64,000 bases of DNA, taken from a bacterium (GTDB taxonomy: Bacteria > JAAXHH01). The translations under genes were made by a program, and so were the position numbers. The stretch spans positions 2,416,552 through 2,480,551 of the forward strand of contig OZ220749.1 of assembly GCA_965117045.1 (NCBI GenBank), in the 5' to 3' direction. Numbering within the stretch: the first letter of the stretch is position 1; every line of letters starts with the position of its first letter. Below, piece by piece: positions 8,530 through 18,780 of the stretch. The notes below the pieces were generated by a model. The model made no database searches and was not told the DNA's origin. It saw only the letters and a program-made list of their open reading frames with translations.

Positions 8530-11019
8530 AAACTCCCGGCCGCCCGCGCGCAGCGTGAACCGGTCGTCCTCACGGGTAATCCGAGCCTTCATCGAACTGC
8601 CGCAGATTGCCAGGACCATAACGTCTCCGTCCATACCGGCCACCAGGCGCGTCGACGCTTCGGCAGCATTCGGGAGGAAACTTAAAAGGCTGCCGGCGGC
8701 GAGCCCGGAAGGCGCGAAGGGTACCTCCTCCTTTCGGAATTCTGTTTCCCGACCGAACACCGAGATCACCTTCACTTCAGAAGACCCCGCGCCCAAACGG
8801 GCACCGTCTCCATTCACGCCGCGCAGGTCCACAGGATTCAGCTTGTAGGCCAGTTCACCGCTACCGGTCTCCGGACCCAGGCCGGCAGCCGGATCCACGT
8901 TCAGACGGCGCCGACCAGGACAGCGAAGGTCGATCAGGGCAAGATCGCAATCCGCCGAGAGCCCGGGCGTCTGTATCGAACCGCCGAAGGCCAGGGCGGT
9001 ATTGGGCCGGGCGTAGAACGTGCGCGGTTCCTTCCGCGAAGCGAGTCCCTGCGTGTCCTGTCCCATCTCGCCGAAGACCGCCGGGTCGTCCAGTCGGTTC
9101 GACCTGCCATCAAGGGCGATCTCCATCCACGGCTTGCCGCCGCGCCGGTTGAATCCGTCCCAGGCAATCTGCACGTCGTGCCAGACCCCTGCCTCGACGT
9201 TGCCCGGCGCCTTCACGGTGACCAGGTTGCTGTTCTGGCTTTGTACGTTGAAACTCAGCCGTCCGTCCGTATCGACGACGAGTGCGAAGGTATTGACGCC
9301 CGTTCCAAGATGACCGCCGACACCGTTCCCTGCATTGAACAGGACCCGCGGGGCGCTCGCGTTCCCGGGACCGCCCGCACGTCCCCCCAATCGGAAGCGA
9401 ATACGAAGGCGTCCACCGTTGGCACGAAACCAGCGTTCCGCTTCATACTGAAGGACATCACCGAGACGCAACTGGATGTGCGGAACGCCCGTTTTTACAA
9501 CCCGAACACCGCGCGGGCGCCGCCGCACCGCCACGAGCAGCACCGGATGCTCCCCGCGAGATATCCAGTATTCGTGCTCTGTTCGCCGGGCGGAGACACG
9601 CAGCCGCTGCCAGTCCTTCGTGCGCTTCAGGCCGCCCAACATGGCGACGGTCTCGTTCTGCCCGCCCACGCAGGGCAGGCTGCCGCAGGTCGTAGGCTGG
9701 GCTTCGAAGGCGCTTATGGTCTGCAGCAAGGGACGGCCCGCCCACTGAACGTGCAGGCTCATGAAATTGGCGGCCAGGCCGCCGTCGTATCCGCTGACGC
9801 ACAGCATGGCCGCATCGGATCCGTGGCTGCTGCGCATTACGGCGAAACGGCCCGTGTACATCTCGTAACGACCCGCCAGCGTAGTCACCCGCCGCGCCCG
9901 GGTTGAGCGGAACGCAGGATCGTAGTAGCAGTAGGCATACGGCCCGTAGGAAATCATACACTCCGCCGTCGTACCCCTGACGCCCATTCCGAAGCGATAC
10001 AGCCGGCCCAGGCGGGGATCGGAAAGGGCCACGTCGCGCAGCCTCCCGTCTCCGGCCTCCTGGGCCAGCCTCAGGAGTACCGTCGAATTGACGTTGAGCT
10101 GGCCGCCGAGTACGATGTTCGCATTGGGCGGGTAGTAGAGCTGGTCGGGAACCTTGCGAGGCGCGGTCCAGTGGGCGCGGAACCAGTTCAGCGGCAGACG
10201 CAGCCGGCCCGGTGCTTCGCTTAGCAGGTCGATACCGGAAACGTTTTGCAGCGCATCGGCGAAATGCAGCAGCCAGAGGTTTTCAAAGCCCCAGAAGGTG
10301 GGTCCGTCGACGGGTTCGCCGCCGGGACCACAGCCGTAGGGCAGAATGCCGCAGCGGAAGCGATCGATAACCGCCTGCAACCATTTTTCCGCCCGGGGGT
10401 GCTCTCCCAGCAGGTGCACCGCGGCCACCCCGTAGTGCCCATAGTCGACGACGGCGTGGTGCCCGCCGGCCGTGTAGTGCCGCCGTTCGTCCACGTAGGG
10501 CCACCAGCGTTCCATCAATCCCACGAGACTGTCGCGGATCTGACGCTTCTCGGCATCGGTCAGAACCTCGTCCATCAGGTCGAGGGCAAGCGCGAAAGCG
10601 TGCATGTAGCGGTTGGCCGTGTAGAAGTGCTCCTCCACGTGGTCGCCGTGGTCCCAGGCCGCCGCGGCCCGCAGCCACGCGCGGGCTCGTCCCAGCCAGC
10701 GCGGGTCTCCCGTGATTCGCCAGGCGAAAGCGTAATTCTCGATCAGGGCCGTGGCCTGCATGGCGGTGTAGAAGGTCAGGTAAAGCTGGTGGTTGGGGTG
10801 CGGGCTGTGGGTCCTGCGCGGGACCCGGCGCCACGGCCGCTGCCCCGCATACAACGCGCAGTCGTCAAGGAGGCAGGAGAGGATACGACGTCGAACCGGA
10901 TCGGACGGAGCCTCGGAACGGAAGTCAGGATCGTCGGTCGGCCTGAACAGCCGGGGCCGCTCGTGGCGGATGACTGGGATCGGGACCCGTTGCGAAGAGT
11001 CGGTCGATGGGTTGGTCAT
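8482..11019 (-). CDS. heparinase II/III-like (polysaccharide lyase-like) protein with C-terminal concanavalin/LamG-like region
   Basis: 845-aa ORF. The N-terminal alpha/alpha-toroid-like region is rich in W/H/Y, as in heparinase II/III-family proteins. Beta-rich C-terminal half. No signal peptide seen. Confidence 0.55.
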   Translation of the reverse strand: MTNPSTDSSQRVPIPVIRHERPRLFRPTDDPDFRSEAPSDPVRRRILSCLLDDCALYAGQRPWRRVPRRTHSPHPNHQLYLTFYTAMQATALIENYAFAWRITGDPRWLGRARAWLRAAAAWDHGDHVEEHFYTANRYMHAFALALDLMDEVLTDAEKRQIRDSLVGLMERWWPYVDERRHYTAGGHHAVVDYGHYGVAAVHLLGEHPRAEKWLQAVIDRFRCGILPYGCGPGGEPVDGPTFWGFENLWLLHFADALQNVSGIDLLSEAPGRLRLPLNWFRAHWTAPRKVPDQLYYPPNANIVLGGQLNVNSTVLLRLAQEAGDGRLRDVALSDPRLGRLYRFGMGVRGTTAECMISYGPYAYCYYDPAFRSTRARRVTTLAGRYEMYTGRFAVMRSSHGSDAAMLCVSGYDGGLAANFMSLHVQWAGRPLLQTISAFEAQPTTCGSLPCVGGQNETVAMLGGLKRTKDWQRLRVSARRTEHEYWISRGEHPVLLVAVRRRPRGVRVVKTGVPHIQLRLGDVLQYEAERWFRANGGRLRIRFRLGGRAGGPGNASAPRVLFNAGNGVGGHLGTGVNTFALVVDTDGRLSFNVQSQNSNLVTVKAPGNVEAGVWHDVQIAWDGFNRRGGKPWMEIALDGRSNRLDDPAVFGEMGQDTQGLASRKEPRTFYARPNTALAFGGSIQTPGLSADCDLALIDLRCPGRRRLNVDPAAGLGPETGSGELAYKLNPVDLRGVNGDGARLGAGSSEVKVISVFGRETEFRKEEVPFAPSGLAAGSLLSFLPNAAEASTRLVAGMDGDVMVLAICGSSMKARITREDDRFTLRAGGREFSFEVSRRGGGILRVC

Positions 11020-11179
11020 TGTTGATTTCCGGGATTCCAGAAAAGGATGTGTTGTCGGCTCAAGGCCGCTTGGACAGCCAGAAGTTAGAATGTAAGTAAC
11101 ATGGTTTGAAAATCAGAGATAAGGTATATCTTGCATAGAACAGACATTTCGATACGGCAGTCGCAGACAGGACCGCAAA

Positions 11180-11902
11180 TTGCCGAATATCCCTAGAAAA
11201 CCCATCCACACCACAGGGGACGCGGAACTGCTCAATCGCACCCTCCCCGACAAGATCGACTGGGAGGCTTTCTACACCGAAGGTAATCGGAAACCACCGT
11301 TTCTTACAGACAAACCGGACGAAAATCTGGTCGGGTATTTCGAACAAGGTTATCTCAAACCCGGTCGTGCCATTGATCTGGGTTGCGGGACAGGCCGCAA
11401 TGCCGTATACCTGGCGAAAGCGGGGTGCCGGGTCGACGCCGTCGACCTCTCGGAAACAGCGGTAAGGAAAGCACGTACATTTGCGCGACGGTCGGAAGTG
11501 GACGTCGAATTCACTGTCGGATCGATTTTCGACCTGGCCTTATCCGGCGGCCGCTACGACCTGGCCTACGATGCAGGTCTTCTTCACCACCTGCAGCCCC
11601 ATAGAAGGCCATACTATCTCAAAAAAGTACATGCGATCCTTAAGCCAAACGGAGTGTTTGGGATGACCTGCTTCGACGTATCCGGCGGAGTACCCAAAGA
11701 AGACTGGGAGATCTACGAAGAAGGCAAGATGCCGCCTGGAATCGGGTACACAGAAGATAGATTGCGAGCTATCCTTCAACACTACTTTGAGATCATCGAG
11801 TTTCGACCCATGAAGACACAACCTGATGATAGCGAACTGTTCGGCATACCGGGACTGTGGGCAATACTGATCAGACCTTTGCACTCACGTCAAGCATACT
11901 AA
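11180..11902 (+). CDS. class I SAM-dependent methyltransferase
   Basis: Motif I DLGCGTGRNAVYLA. Acidic motif II VDAVDLS. Confidence 0.8.
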   Translation: MPNIPRKPIHTTGDAELLNRTLPDKIDWEAFYTEGNRKPPFLTDKPDENLVGYFEQGYLKPGRAIDLGCGTGRNAVYLAKAGCRVDAVDLSETAVRKARTFARRSEVDVEFTVGSIFDLALSGGRYDLAYDAGLLHHLQPHRRPYYLKKVHAILKPNGVFGMTCFDVSGGVPKEDWEIYEEGKMPPGIGYTEDRLRAILQHYFEIIEFRPMKTQPDDSELFGIPGLWAILIRPLHSRQAY

Positions 11903-11915
11903 TAGTAAATTCGCT

Positions 11916-12353
11916 ATGGCAGACAGATTCAAACTGATCACGGACGTTCATGTTTTCCTTAAGAACGACAATGACGAGATCTTGATGCTCAGACGGGCCA
12001 ACACAGGATACGAAGACGGTAACTACAGCGTAATCGCTGGACATCTCGACGGCCACGAGGAAGTGATAGAGGCCGCTATACGGGAAGCGAGGGAGGAAGC
12101 TGGCATCGAGATACGGTCTATGGATATCGAGGTAGTCGGGGTAATGCACAGGAGAGAAAACGACGAAAGGATTTCGTTCTTTCTATCTGCGTCGAGATGG
12201 TACGGAGACATCGTCAACATGGAGGAGGGAAGTTGCGATGATTTGTCATGGTTTCCCACCTGCGATTTACCCGTCAACACCATTCCCTATGTACGTAGAG
12301 CAATAGAGAACTGGGGAAATGGGTTGTTCTTTGACAGCTACGGATGGCGGTAA
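11916..12353 (+). CDS. NUDIX hydrolase
   Basis: Nudix box GHLDGHEEVIEAAIREAREEAGIE. Confidence 0.75.
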   Translation: MADRFKLITDVHVFLKNDNDEILMLRRANTGYEDGNYSVIAGHLDGHEEVIEAAIREAREEAGIEIRSMDIEVVGVMHRRENDERISFFLSASRWYGDIVNMEEGSCDDLSWFPTCDLPVNTIPYVRRAIENWGNGLFFDSYGWR

Positions 12354-12427
12354 TACGTCCTGTGTCGTTGCTCGCCTCGCCCGACAACGCGTACTCTAGA
12401 ACTGAAAGACAGATAAACTGACATCCC

Positions 12428-14833
12428 ATGCTCCAGAACTACCTCACCATCGCCCTGCGCAGCCTCCTCAGGTATCCCGGCTACACGCTCATCAACATCG
12501 TGGGCCTCGCGATCGGCCTGGCGGCCTGCATGCTGATCCTGCGCTACGTCTGGGACGAGTTGAGCTACGACCGGTATCATCCCCATGCCGACCGGGTCTA
12601 CCGGATCGTCGATGACATAGAAAGCGCCGGCCAGACCGTCCGGACGGCGGGATCGCCCTCGGGTTGGGGCCCCGCCCTGAAGCGCGATTTTCCCGAAATC
12701 GAACTGTTCGCCCGGGTGAGGGGCACGACATCGGCCTGGTTCATCATGCATGAGGAAAAGCGTTTCTACGAGAGAAAGGTCATCTGGGCCGATGCGGCCC
12801 TGCTTGAAATGCTTTCCATTCCCTTCGTCACAGGCGATCCCGGGACCGCGCTGGCTGAACCGTATTCGATCGTGATCTCGGAGGATATGGCCTTGAAATA
12901 CTTCGGAGACGATGATCCCATGGGGAAAGTCCTCAGGGGGGATAACCTGTGGGATTTCACGGTGACGGGCGTCATGCGGAACATCCCCGCCAATTCGCAT
13001 CTGCGTCCGGACATGATCATATCCCTCTTGACACGGAATGCCCTGTATCCGAACAGCCTCGATGAATGGGAGATACACGAGAATCAATATACCTACATCA
13101 TGTTGCATGAAAACGCCTCTCCGGATGATCTGGAAGCGCAACTGCCCGCTTTTTTAGAACGGAACAAATCAGGCAGGTTCAGTGAATCCACCAAGGTATT
13201 GAGACCTTCACTGCAGCCCCTGTTGGACATTCACCTGCATTCCCACCGGGACAGCGAACTCGAGCCCAACGGTGATTTCCGCTACGTGGTGCTCTTCCTG
13301 ATCATCGCGCTGCTGATTCCACTCATCGCGTGCATCAACTTCGTGAACCTGGCCACGGCGCGGTCGGCCATGCGTGCCAGGGAGGTAGGCGTGCGCAAGG
13401 TGATGGGCGCCAACCGGTCCCAGTTGCTGGTTCAGTTTCTGGGAGAAGCCGTCGTCATGACGGGGCTTGCCATGATCGTGGCCGTCGCGCTTGTGCACCT
13501 CGCCCTGCCCGGCGTGAACGCGCTTGCAGATAAGCAACTGGACTTTGCCCTCTCGAACGGTTGGGTGCTGGGAACGCTCGCAGCCGGAACTTTCGTGATC
13601 GCAGTGGCCGCCGGCAGTTATCCCGCGGTCTACCTGTCAGGATTCCTGCCCACCGAAGTACTGAAAGGAAGCCTGAAGTCAGGAACGCAAGGGATGGGAT
13701 TGAGGCAGGTCCTGGTCGTGATCCAGTTCGTCATGTCCATCTTTCTGCTGGTCAGCACAGCCGTCATCTACGACCAGCTCGAATACATACAGGACATGAG
13801 ACTGGGTTTCAACAAAGAGCACGTGATGGTCGTGAAAATCACCGGACGTGCGCAACGGGAAAGCGTACCTGTCCTGAAACAGCGCCTGGCGCAGTTGCCC
13901 GGCGTGGTCGGAATGGCAACGACCGATGGGGTCCCGGGCGTGAAGGCACCGCGGATCATGGCCGTCCGTTCCGATGAGATGAGTCCCGAAGACAATCTGA
14001 TTGTGTCCCTGCTCACGTCGGACGACCGGTTCCTGGACGTCATGGGAATAAACCTCGTGGCCGGCCAGAACTTTCCGGTCGAATGGAGCAGGGATTCAAC
14101 CATGGTACTCCTGCTGAACGAGACCGCGGCGCGTAAACTGGGCTGGGAGGCGCCTCCAGACGCGATCGGCATGCCGGTCGAATGGATCGAGTACGGAGGA
14201 TTGCGGGGACGCGTCCTGGGGGTCGTGGAGGATTTCCACCTCCAATCGATTCGCGAGGAAATCGAACCGATCGTTTTCACGCACCATCCCTTTTACTTCA
14301 CCGACGTGCTCATTCGGATCAGTCCGGAGGACGTATCGGACACCATCGCCCGTATCCAGGAGGTGTGGCAAGACGTCGATCCTCTCTATCCCCTGGCATT
14401 CACGTTCCTCGACGACGATTTCGACAGCCTCTACCGCGCCGAGCGCCAGTTGGGTACGGTCTTCGCGGTCTTCGCCTTTCTCGCGATCTTCGTCGCGTGC
14501 CTGGGCTTGCTCGGCCTGGCTTCCTTCTCGATCCAGCAGAGAACCCGTGAGATCGGGATCCGAAAGGTGCTCGGAGCCGCTGTTTCAGATATCGTGCTGC
14601 TGCTCTCCAGGGACTTCATGAAGTATGTACTGCTGGCCAACGTCATCGCCTGGCCGCTGGCGTACGTCGTTATGGCGCGTTGGCTGCAGAACTATGCCTA
14701 TGCGGCGGGAATCGATTTCGTGTGGTTTATCGCGGGCGGCATCGTCGCACTGGCCATCGCCTGGTTGACGATTGGTGCGCATGCGCTGGCTGCGGCAAAC
14801 AGGAATCCCGTTAACGCTCTGAGGCAGGGCTGA
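12428..14833 (+). CDS. ABC transporter permease, duplicated FtsX/MacB-like (two MacB-PCD + FtsX halves)
   Basis: 801 aa. N-terminal TM then periplasmic domain then an FtsX 3-TM bundle, repeated twice (ATARSAMRAREVGVRKVMGA...; FSIQQRTREIGIRKVLGA...). No ATPase gene adjacent. Confidence 0.85.
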   Translation: MLQNYLTIALRSLLRYPGYTLINIVGLAIGLAACMLILRYVWDELSYDRYHPHADRVYRIVDDIESAGQTVRTAGSPSGWGPALKRDFPEIELFARVRGTTSAWFIMHEEKRFYERKVIWADAALLEMLSIPFVTGDPGTALAEPYSIVISEDMALKYFGDDDPMGKVLRGDNLWDFTVTGVMRNIPANSHLRPDMIISLLTRNALYPNSLDEWEIHENQYTYIMLHENASPDDLEAQLPAFLERNKSGRFSESTKVLRPSLQPLLDIHLHSHRDSELEPNGDFRYVVLFLIIALLIPLIACINFVNLATARSAMRAREVGVRKVMGANRSQLLVQFLGEAVVMTGLAMIVAVALVHLALPGVNALADKQLDFALSNGWVLGTLAAGTFVIAVAAGSYPAVYLSGFLPTEVLKGSLKSGTQGMGLRQVLVVIQFVMSIFLLVSTAVIYDQLEYIQDMRLGFNKEHVMVVKITGRAQRESVPVLKQRLAQLPGVVGMATTDGVPGVKAPRIMAVRSDEMSPEDNLIVSLLTSDDRFLDVMGINLVAGQNFPVEWSRDSTMVLLLNETAARKLGWEAPPDAIGMPVEWIEYGGLRGRVLGVVEDFHLQSIREEIEPIVFTHHPFYFTDVLIRISPEDVSDTIARIQEVWQDVDPLYPLAFTFLDDDFDSLYRAERQLGTVFAVFAFLAIFVACLGLLGLASFSIQQRTREIGIRKVLGAAVSDIVLLLSRDFMKYVLLANVIAWPLAYVVMARWLQNYAYAAGIDFVWFIAGGIVALAIAWLTIGAHALAAANRNPVNALRQG

Positions 14834-14880
14834 TGGGACAAAGTGAAAGGTAACCAGAATATCCACGGAGTCGCAATACC

Positions 14881-15693
14881 ATGGATGATCTGTCCGACAT
14901 ACGCGCATTCTACAACGACGGCTGGGACAGGGAGGCCGACCGGTTGGCGCACCGGCAACTCGAGGCCGACGTAACGTGGCGCTACCTAGACCGGTATCTG
15001 CCTTCCCGGGGCGTTATTCTCGAAGTGGGTTTCGGCACCGGCGCATATACCTTTCCGCTAGCGCGGCGCGGATACCAGATTACTGCCGTGGATCTTTCCG
15101 ATGAATTCACCACGCGATGCAAAGCCAGGGCGAAGGAACTCGGCCTTTCTGACCACATCGATTTCATGACGGGCGACGCACGCACGCTGGAGCTGGTCCC
15201 CCGCGGTGCTTTCGAGGCAGTACTCCTTCTGGGCCCTTTGTACCACCTGGTGGAGGAAGAGGACAGAACGAGTGCACTGCGTGCGGTCCATGACTGTCTG
15301 AAACCGGGGGGAGTGATCCTGTCCGCATGGCTTTCCAGGTTCGGTAATTTCGGCAACCTGATCAAGAAGAACCCTTCGTGGATTGAGAACCGCGACGAGG
15401 TACGCTGGTTGATCGAAAAAGGCCGCCGGCCGGATGACGCGCCTAGGGGCGGCTTCCGGGGCCATTTTTCCAGTGTGGAAGAAATCGCCCCCATACACGA
15501 AAAAACGGGCTTCCATACGCTACAGATTGCCGGGGTCGAGCCGGCCATCTCCGCGGACGACGAAAGTTATAACCGCCTGGAGGGTAGCGAACGGAAACGC
15601 TGGCTGGATCTACTGTTCGAAATCAGCTCGGAACCCAGTATCGTGGCCGCCTCGAGGCACATCCTCTATGTGGGTCGGAGGAATCCCACGTGA
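14881..15693 (+). CDS. class I SAM-dependent methyltransferase (paralog family with 24418 and 25829)
   Basis: Motif I ILEVGFGTGAYTFPLA. The LLLGPLYHL block is shared with the two downstream paralogs. Confidence 0.8.
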   Translation: MDDLSDIRAFYNDGWDREADRLAHRQLEADVTWRYLDRYLPSRGVILEVGFGTGAYTFPLARRGYQITAVDLSDEFTTRCKARAKELGLSDHIDFMTGDARTLELVPRGAFEAVLLLGPLYHLVEEEDRTSALRAVHDCLKPGGVILSAWLSRFGNFGNLIKKNPSWIENRDEVRWLIEKGRRPDDAPRGGFRGHFSSVEEIAPIHEKTGFHTLQIAGVEPAISADDESYNRLEGSERKRWLDLLFEISSEPSIVAASRHILYVGRRNPT

Positions 15694-15744
15694 AATCGGA
15701 AGCCATACGATCGGAGTCTACGACCGTTCATCAGGAGGTTCAAC

Positions 15745-16137
15745 ATGTCGCAACCAAGCGAATTCGGTCTTTCAGCCATCGGCCAGGTATCCGTCACTGT
15801 GCAGGATCTCGACCGGGCTGTTTCCTTCTATCGCGACCAGTTGGGCATGCGGTTCCTCTTTCAGGTGCCGAACATGGCGTTCTTCGACTGCGCGGGCGTG
15901 CGCCTCATGTTGACTTTGCCCGAAGCGGGTTCTGACGCTGTCCACACTTCCATACTGTATTACAAAGTCGACGACATCCAGGACGCCTACCGGATTATGA
16001 AGGACCGTAACGTGCAGTTCGTCGGACGGCCGCACAAAATCGCCAATCTTGAGGACCACGAGCTATGGATGGCGTTCTTCCGGGACAGTGAGACGAATCT
16101 CCTGGCGCTCATGGCCGAGATTGCCTATCAGAAATAG
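15745..16137 (+). CDS. VOC (glyoxalase/bleomycin-resistance/dioxygenase) family protein
   Basis: 130 aa, two beta-alpha-beta-beta-beta modules. The VSVTVQDLDRAVSFYRDQLGM N-terminal pattern is typical of VOC proteins. Confidence 0.7.
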   Translation: MSQPSEFGLSAIGQVSVTVQDLDRAVSFYRDQLGMRFLFQVPNMAFFDCAGVRLMLTLPEAGSDAVHTSILYYKVDDIQDAYRIMKDRNVQFVGRPHKIANLEDHELWMAFFRDSETNLLALMAEIAYQK

Positions 16138-16139
16138 GT

Positions 16140-17171
16140 TCAGGAATCGACCCGCTCCAGGTTACGTTCCGATTTAAAGAGAGACTGATAAAGTCCCCAC
16201 AGTTCCTCTTCGATGGCCGCTCTGATCTCGTCCGTCACTTTATCTTGCTTCGCCGCGCTGTCCGGCGCAAAGGGCTCGGACGCCCCATCGCTCTTCGAGT
16301 AGAATCCGAACTGCTTGACCATACCGTCGTATTCCTCTCCGGTCACGTTGATACCGAAGAAGCGAAGGATCCTGGGGAGGTTTTCCGGTATCAACTGCGT
16401 ATAGTCCACGAACAGACAGTGGTCGCAGGCGTTTTCGATGGCGATCCGCAGGGTGGAAGACTCGACCTGCACGCTGAATTCCAGATCGCTCATCTTTTCG
16501 ACCGCTTCGATCGGAAGATCGGCTTCGAAGGCGCCTTCGGCTGTATTCTTGTTGCGGATAAACCACGCGGGTCCCTCGAGCGAGGTCGGGATGATTTCGT
16601 ACGGGTTGCGAAAGAGGAACAACCAGGGTACGCCGGGATAGAGCCTGCGGATCATTGCTAACCTTTTAACATGATTGCTGGAGAATTTGACGAAGAATCG
16701 TTCGTGCACCGGCAACCGCCTATGACCGTAAATGTTGATCAGGGACTGCAAGTAACGAACACGCTTTTCGCTGAATACCTCTTCGTATTCAACGTCCAGC
16801 AAATGCTGTACGGGTTCGGCCTCCTTGATGACGATGTGCCGGTCCAGGCTCGACAACACCTTGGCTAGCAAGGTCGATCCGCACCTTCCGACGTGGAAGA
16901 TGAATCCCGCTGGTGAAAGCGTGTCCGGGTAAAGATCAGGCGTTTCAAGCACTGCAAGGTCGGTAACCACGGTCAAAGCGTCGGCATGCTGCGACAGTCT
17001 CTCTTCCGCGGAGATCTCGAGAAAGGTCTCACGCAGATGCATATCCCCGAAGTCGAACCACGAGATCTCTCCGGCGTCGCAGTGCAGTTCGAGCGGCAAA
17101 AGTCCACGCCGGCTGTTGAGCAGGGCCTTTACTTCCTCAATGGGCTTGTTTCTGAAATCCTGTTTAGGCAT
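16140..17171 (-). CDS. sulfotransferase family protein
   Basis: PAPS 5'-phosphosulfate-binding P-loop-like motif HVGRCGSTLL. Downstream RxxxxRNP-like block (FLFRNPYEI) typical of the 3'-phosphate-binding motif. Confidence 0.6.
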   Translation of the reverse strand: MPKQDFRNKPIEEVKALLNSRRGLLPLELHCDAGEISWFDFGDMHLRETFLEISAEERLSQHADALTVVTDLAVLETPDLYPDTLSPAGFIFHVGRCGSTLLAKVLSSLDRHIVIKEAEPVQHLLDVEYEEVFSEKRVRYLQSLINIYGHRRLPVHERFFVKFSSNHVKRLAMIRRLYPGVPWLFLFRNPYEIIPTSLEGPAWFIRNKNTAEGAFEADLPIEAVEKMSDLEFSVQVESSTLRIAIENACDHCLFVDYTQLIPENLPRILRFFGINVTGEEYDGMVKQFGFYSKSDGASEPFAPDSAAKQDKVTDEIRAAIEEELWGLYQSLFKSERNLERVDS

Positions 17172-17361
17172 TGATCGACCCGTTTAGAGAGAACTGAATT
17201 AAGTCTATACCGAACCACGTTCAGATTGCGAGGCAACATCATCTAGAAACGGTGGAGGACTTTGCTTCGGTGTGCCAAATTGGCTTATTGATATCCATCG
17301 GATTCTCAGAACTGAATCTAGAAACAAACCGCATTTTCATCATCCAGTACGCCGATACGCC

Positions 17362-18780
17362 TTACGCCCTGATGCCACACGCCTCATCCGTCAGGCTGTC
17401 GTAGTGATGCACGTACTTGACGCCGTCGATCACCTGCCGGTCGGTGTACGGTAGATCTTCTTCCCACGTCATTTTGACGCCCCAAGAGTGGGGCGGATTC
17501 TCTCGCTTTCCCCACTGGTTTCCGTTGTAGCGCCGGAACAGGATAGTGCGGCCTGCGCGGGTGACGTACGCCATGACCAGTACGGCCCGCTCGGACGCAT
17601 CATCGTCAATGTCGAATACGCGCATGCACTCGAAAGCCCGGTCGCCGATGCGCACGGTGTAGAGGCCATGAGAGATCACCTGTGGCGCGCCCTCCCGTCT
17701 AGATAACGTACCATCCGTCTGCTCCGCAAGGAAGCCTTTGGCTTCGACATGACGCGCCGACATGCCCCAATCCCATCCAAAGTCCTCATCGAGACAGGTC
17801 AGCAGCTCCCTGGTACCGTCGTATTTCATGCTCTCGACGGCCAGCCAATGTACTTCCGTCTCTGTCAGACTGCCCCAGAACCGGGTATGGCGGGCTAACT
17901 TGTCCGGATCATGGTTGAGCGGCAGAAGCCCTTCCCGGTCCTTATGGCGATGTTCCTCGATCTCGATCTCGACGCACTCCCGCCCGTGTATGATCGCGCG
18001 ACGGCAGGCGGCCGCGGACTTGTCTTCAGTCAACTTCCAGGACGTTCCATCGCGGGTTGGCTCGTAGTCGGCCCATCGCACCCGATCACCGATTTCGGGA
18101 ACGATGAACCACCAGGCAAGCTCCCTGAAATCGATGGAGAAAGGAGTGCCAGTGTTTTTTTCGATGGATATGTCGGGCCTGAGATCCGGGAAGGCCTCTT
18201 TTCCCGTTCTGCTTTGTGCGCTCATGGCCGTGCTCCTTCTGTTCGTGGTGACGCCCAGTTCGCTCCGAACCATGTCCCTTCCGTGGGACAACCGCCGTTT
18301 GATGGTTCCCGAAGGACAGCGATGCCGGGCTGCGATTTCCGCTATGCTCAACCCATCCAGGTAGAACGACCTGAGTGCCGCCCGTTCCTTCGCAGGCAGG
18401 TGGTCGAATGCATCGACCACTTCCTTCGCTGCCCGGCGTTGGCGTGCCGCCGGCACACCGGAACGGTTGATCATCGTTGCGAGATCCTCGGACTCGACGA
18501 ATCGCTCCCTGCGTTGTGCGGAGCGCAGGTAGTCGGCGCAACGGTTGCGCGCAACTTGGTAGAGCCAGGCTCGGACATGCCGGGGAGCCCGTTCGCGCAG
18601 CCCCGACCAGGCGTGTACGAGCGTCTCCTGCAGCACGTCTTCGACCGCGTCCACAGCGCCGATTCGATCCCGGATCAGTGCAGACAGCGAACGCTCGTAT
18701 CGGCGGATAAGCGTTACGAAGGCCTGCTCGTCGCCGGACCGTATTTGTTGGACCAGCATCTGGTCATCGAGGAACCCCAT
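17362..18780 (-). CDS. ECF-type sigma-70 family RNA polymerase sigma factor with roughly 300-aa C-terminal extension
   Basis: N-terminal roughly 170 aa with region 2 (LIRRYERSLSALI...VLQETLVHAW) and region 4 (LPAKERAALRSFYLDGLSIAEIAARHRCPSGTIKRRL). Followed by a soluble roughly 300-aa domain of unknown function. No TM segment. Confidence 0.75.
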   Translation of the reverse strand: MGFLDDQMLVQQIRSGDEQAFVTLIRRYERSLSALIRDRIGAVDAVEDVLQETLVHAWSGLRERAPRHVRAWLYQVARNRCADYLRSAQRRERFVESEDLATMINRSGVPAARQRRAAKEVVDAFDHLPAKERAALRSFYLDGLSIAEIAARHRCPSGTIKRRLSHGRDMVRSELGVTTNRRSTAMSAQSRTGKEAFPDLRPDISIEKNTGTPFSIDFRELAWWFIVPEIGDRVRWADYEPTRDGTSWKLTEDKSAAACRRAIIHGRECVEIEIEEHRHKDREGLLPLNHDPDKLARHTRFWGSLTETEVHWLAVESMKYDGTRELLTCLDEDFGWDWGMSARHVEAKGFLAEQTDGTLSRREGAPQVISHGLYTVRIGDRAFECMRVFDIDDDASERAVLVMAYVTRAGRTILFRRYNGNQWGKRENPPHSWGVKMTWEEDLPYTDRQVIDGVKYVHHYDSLTDEACGIRA

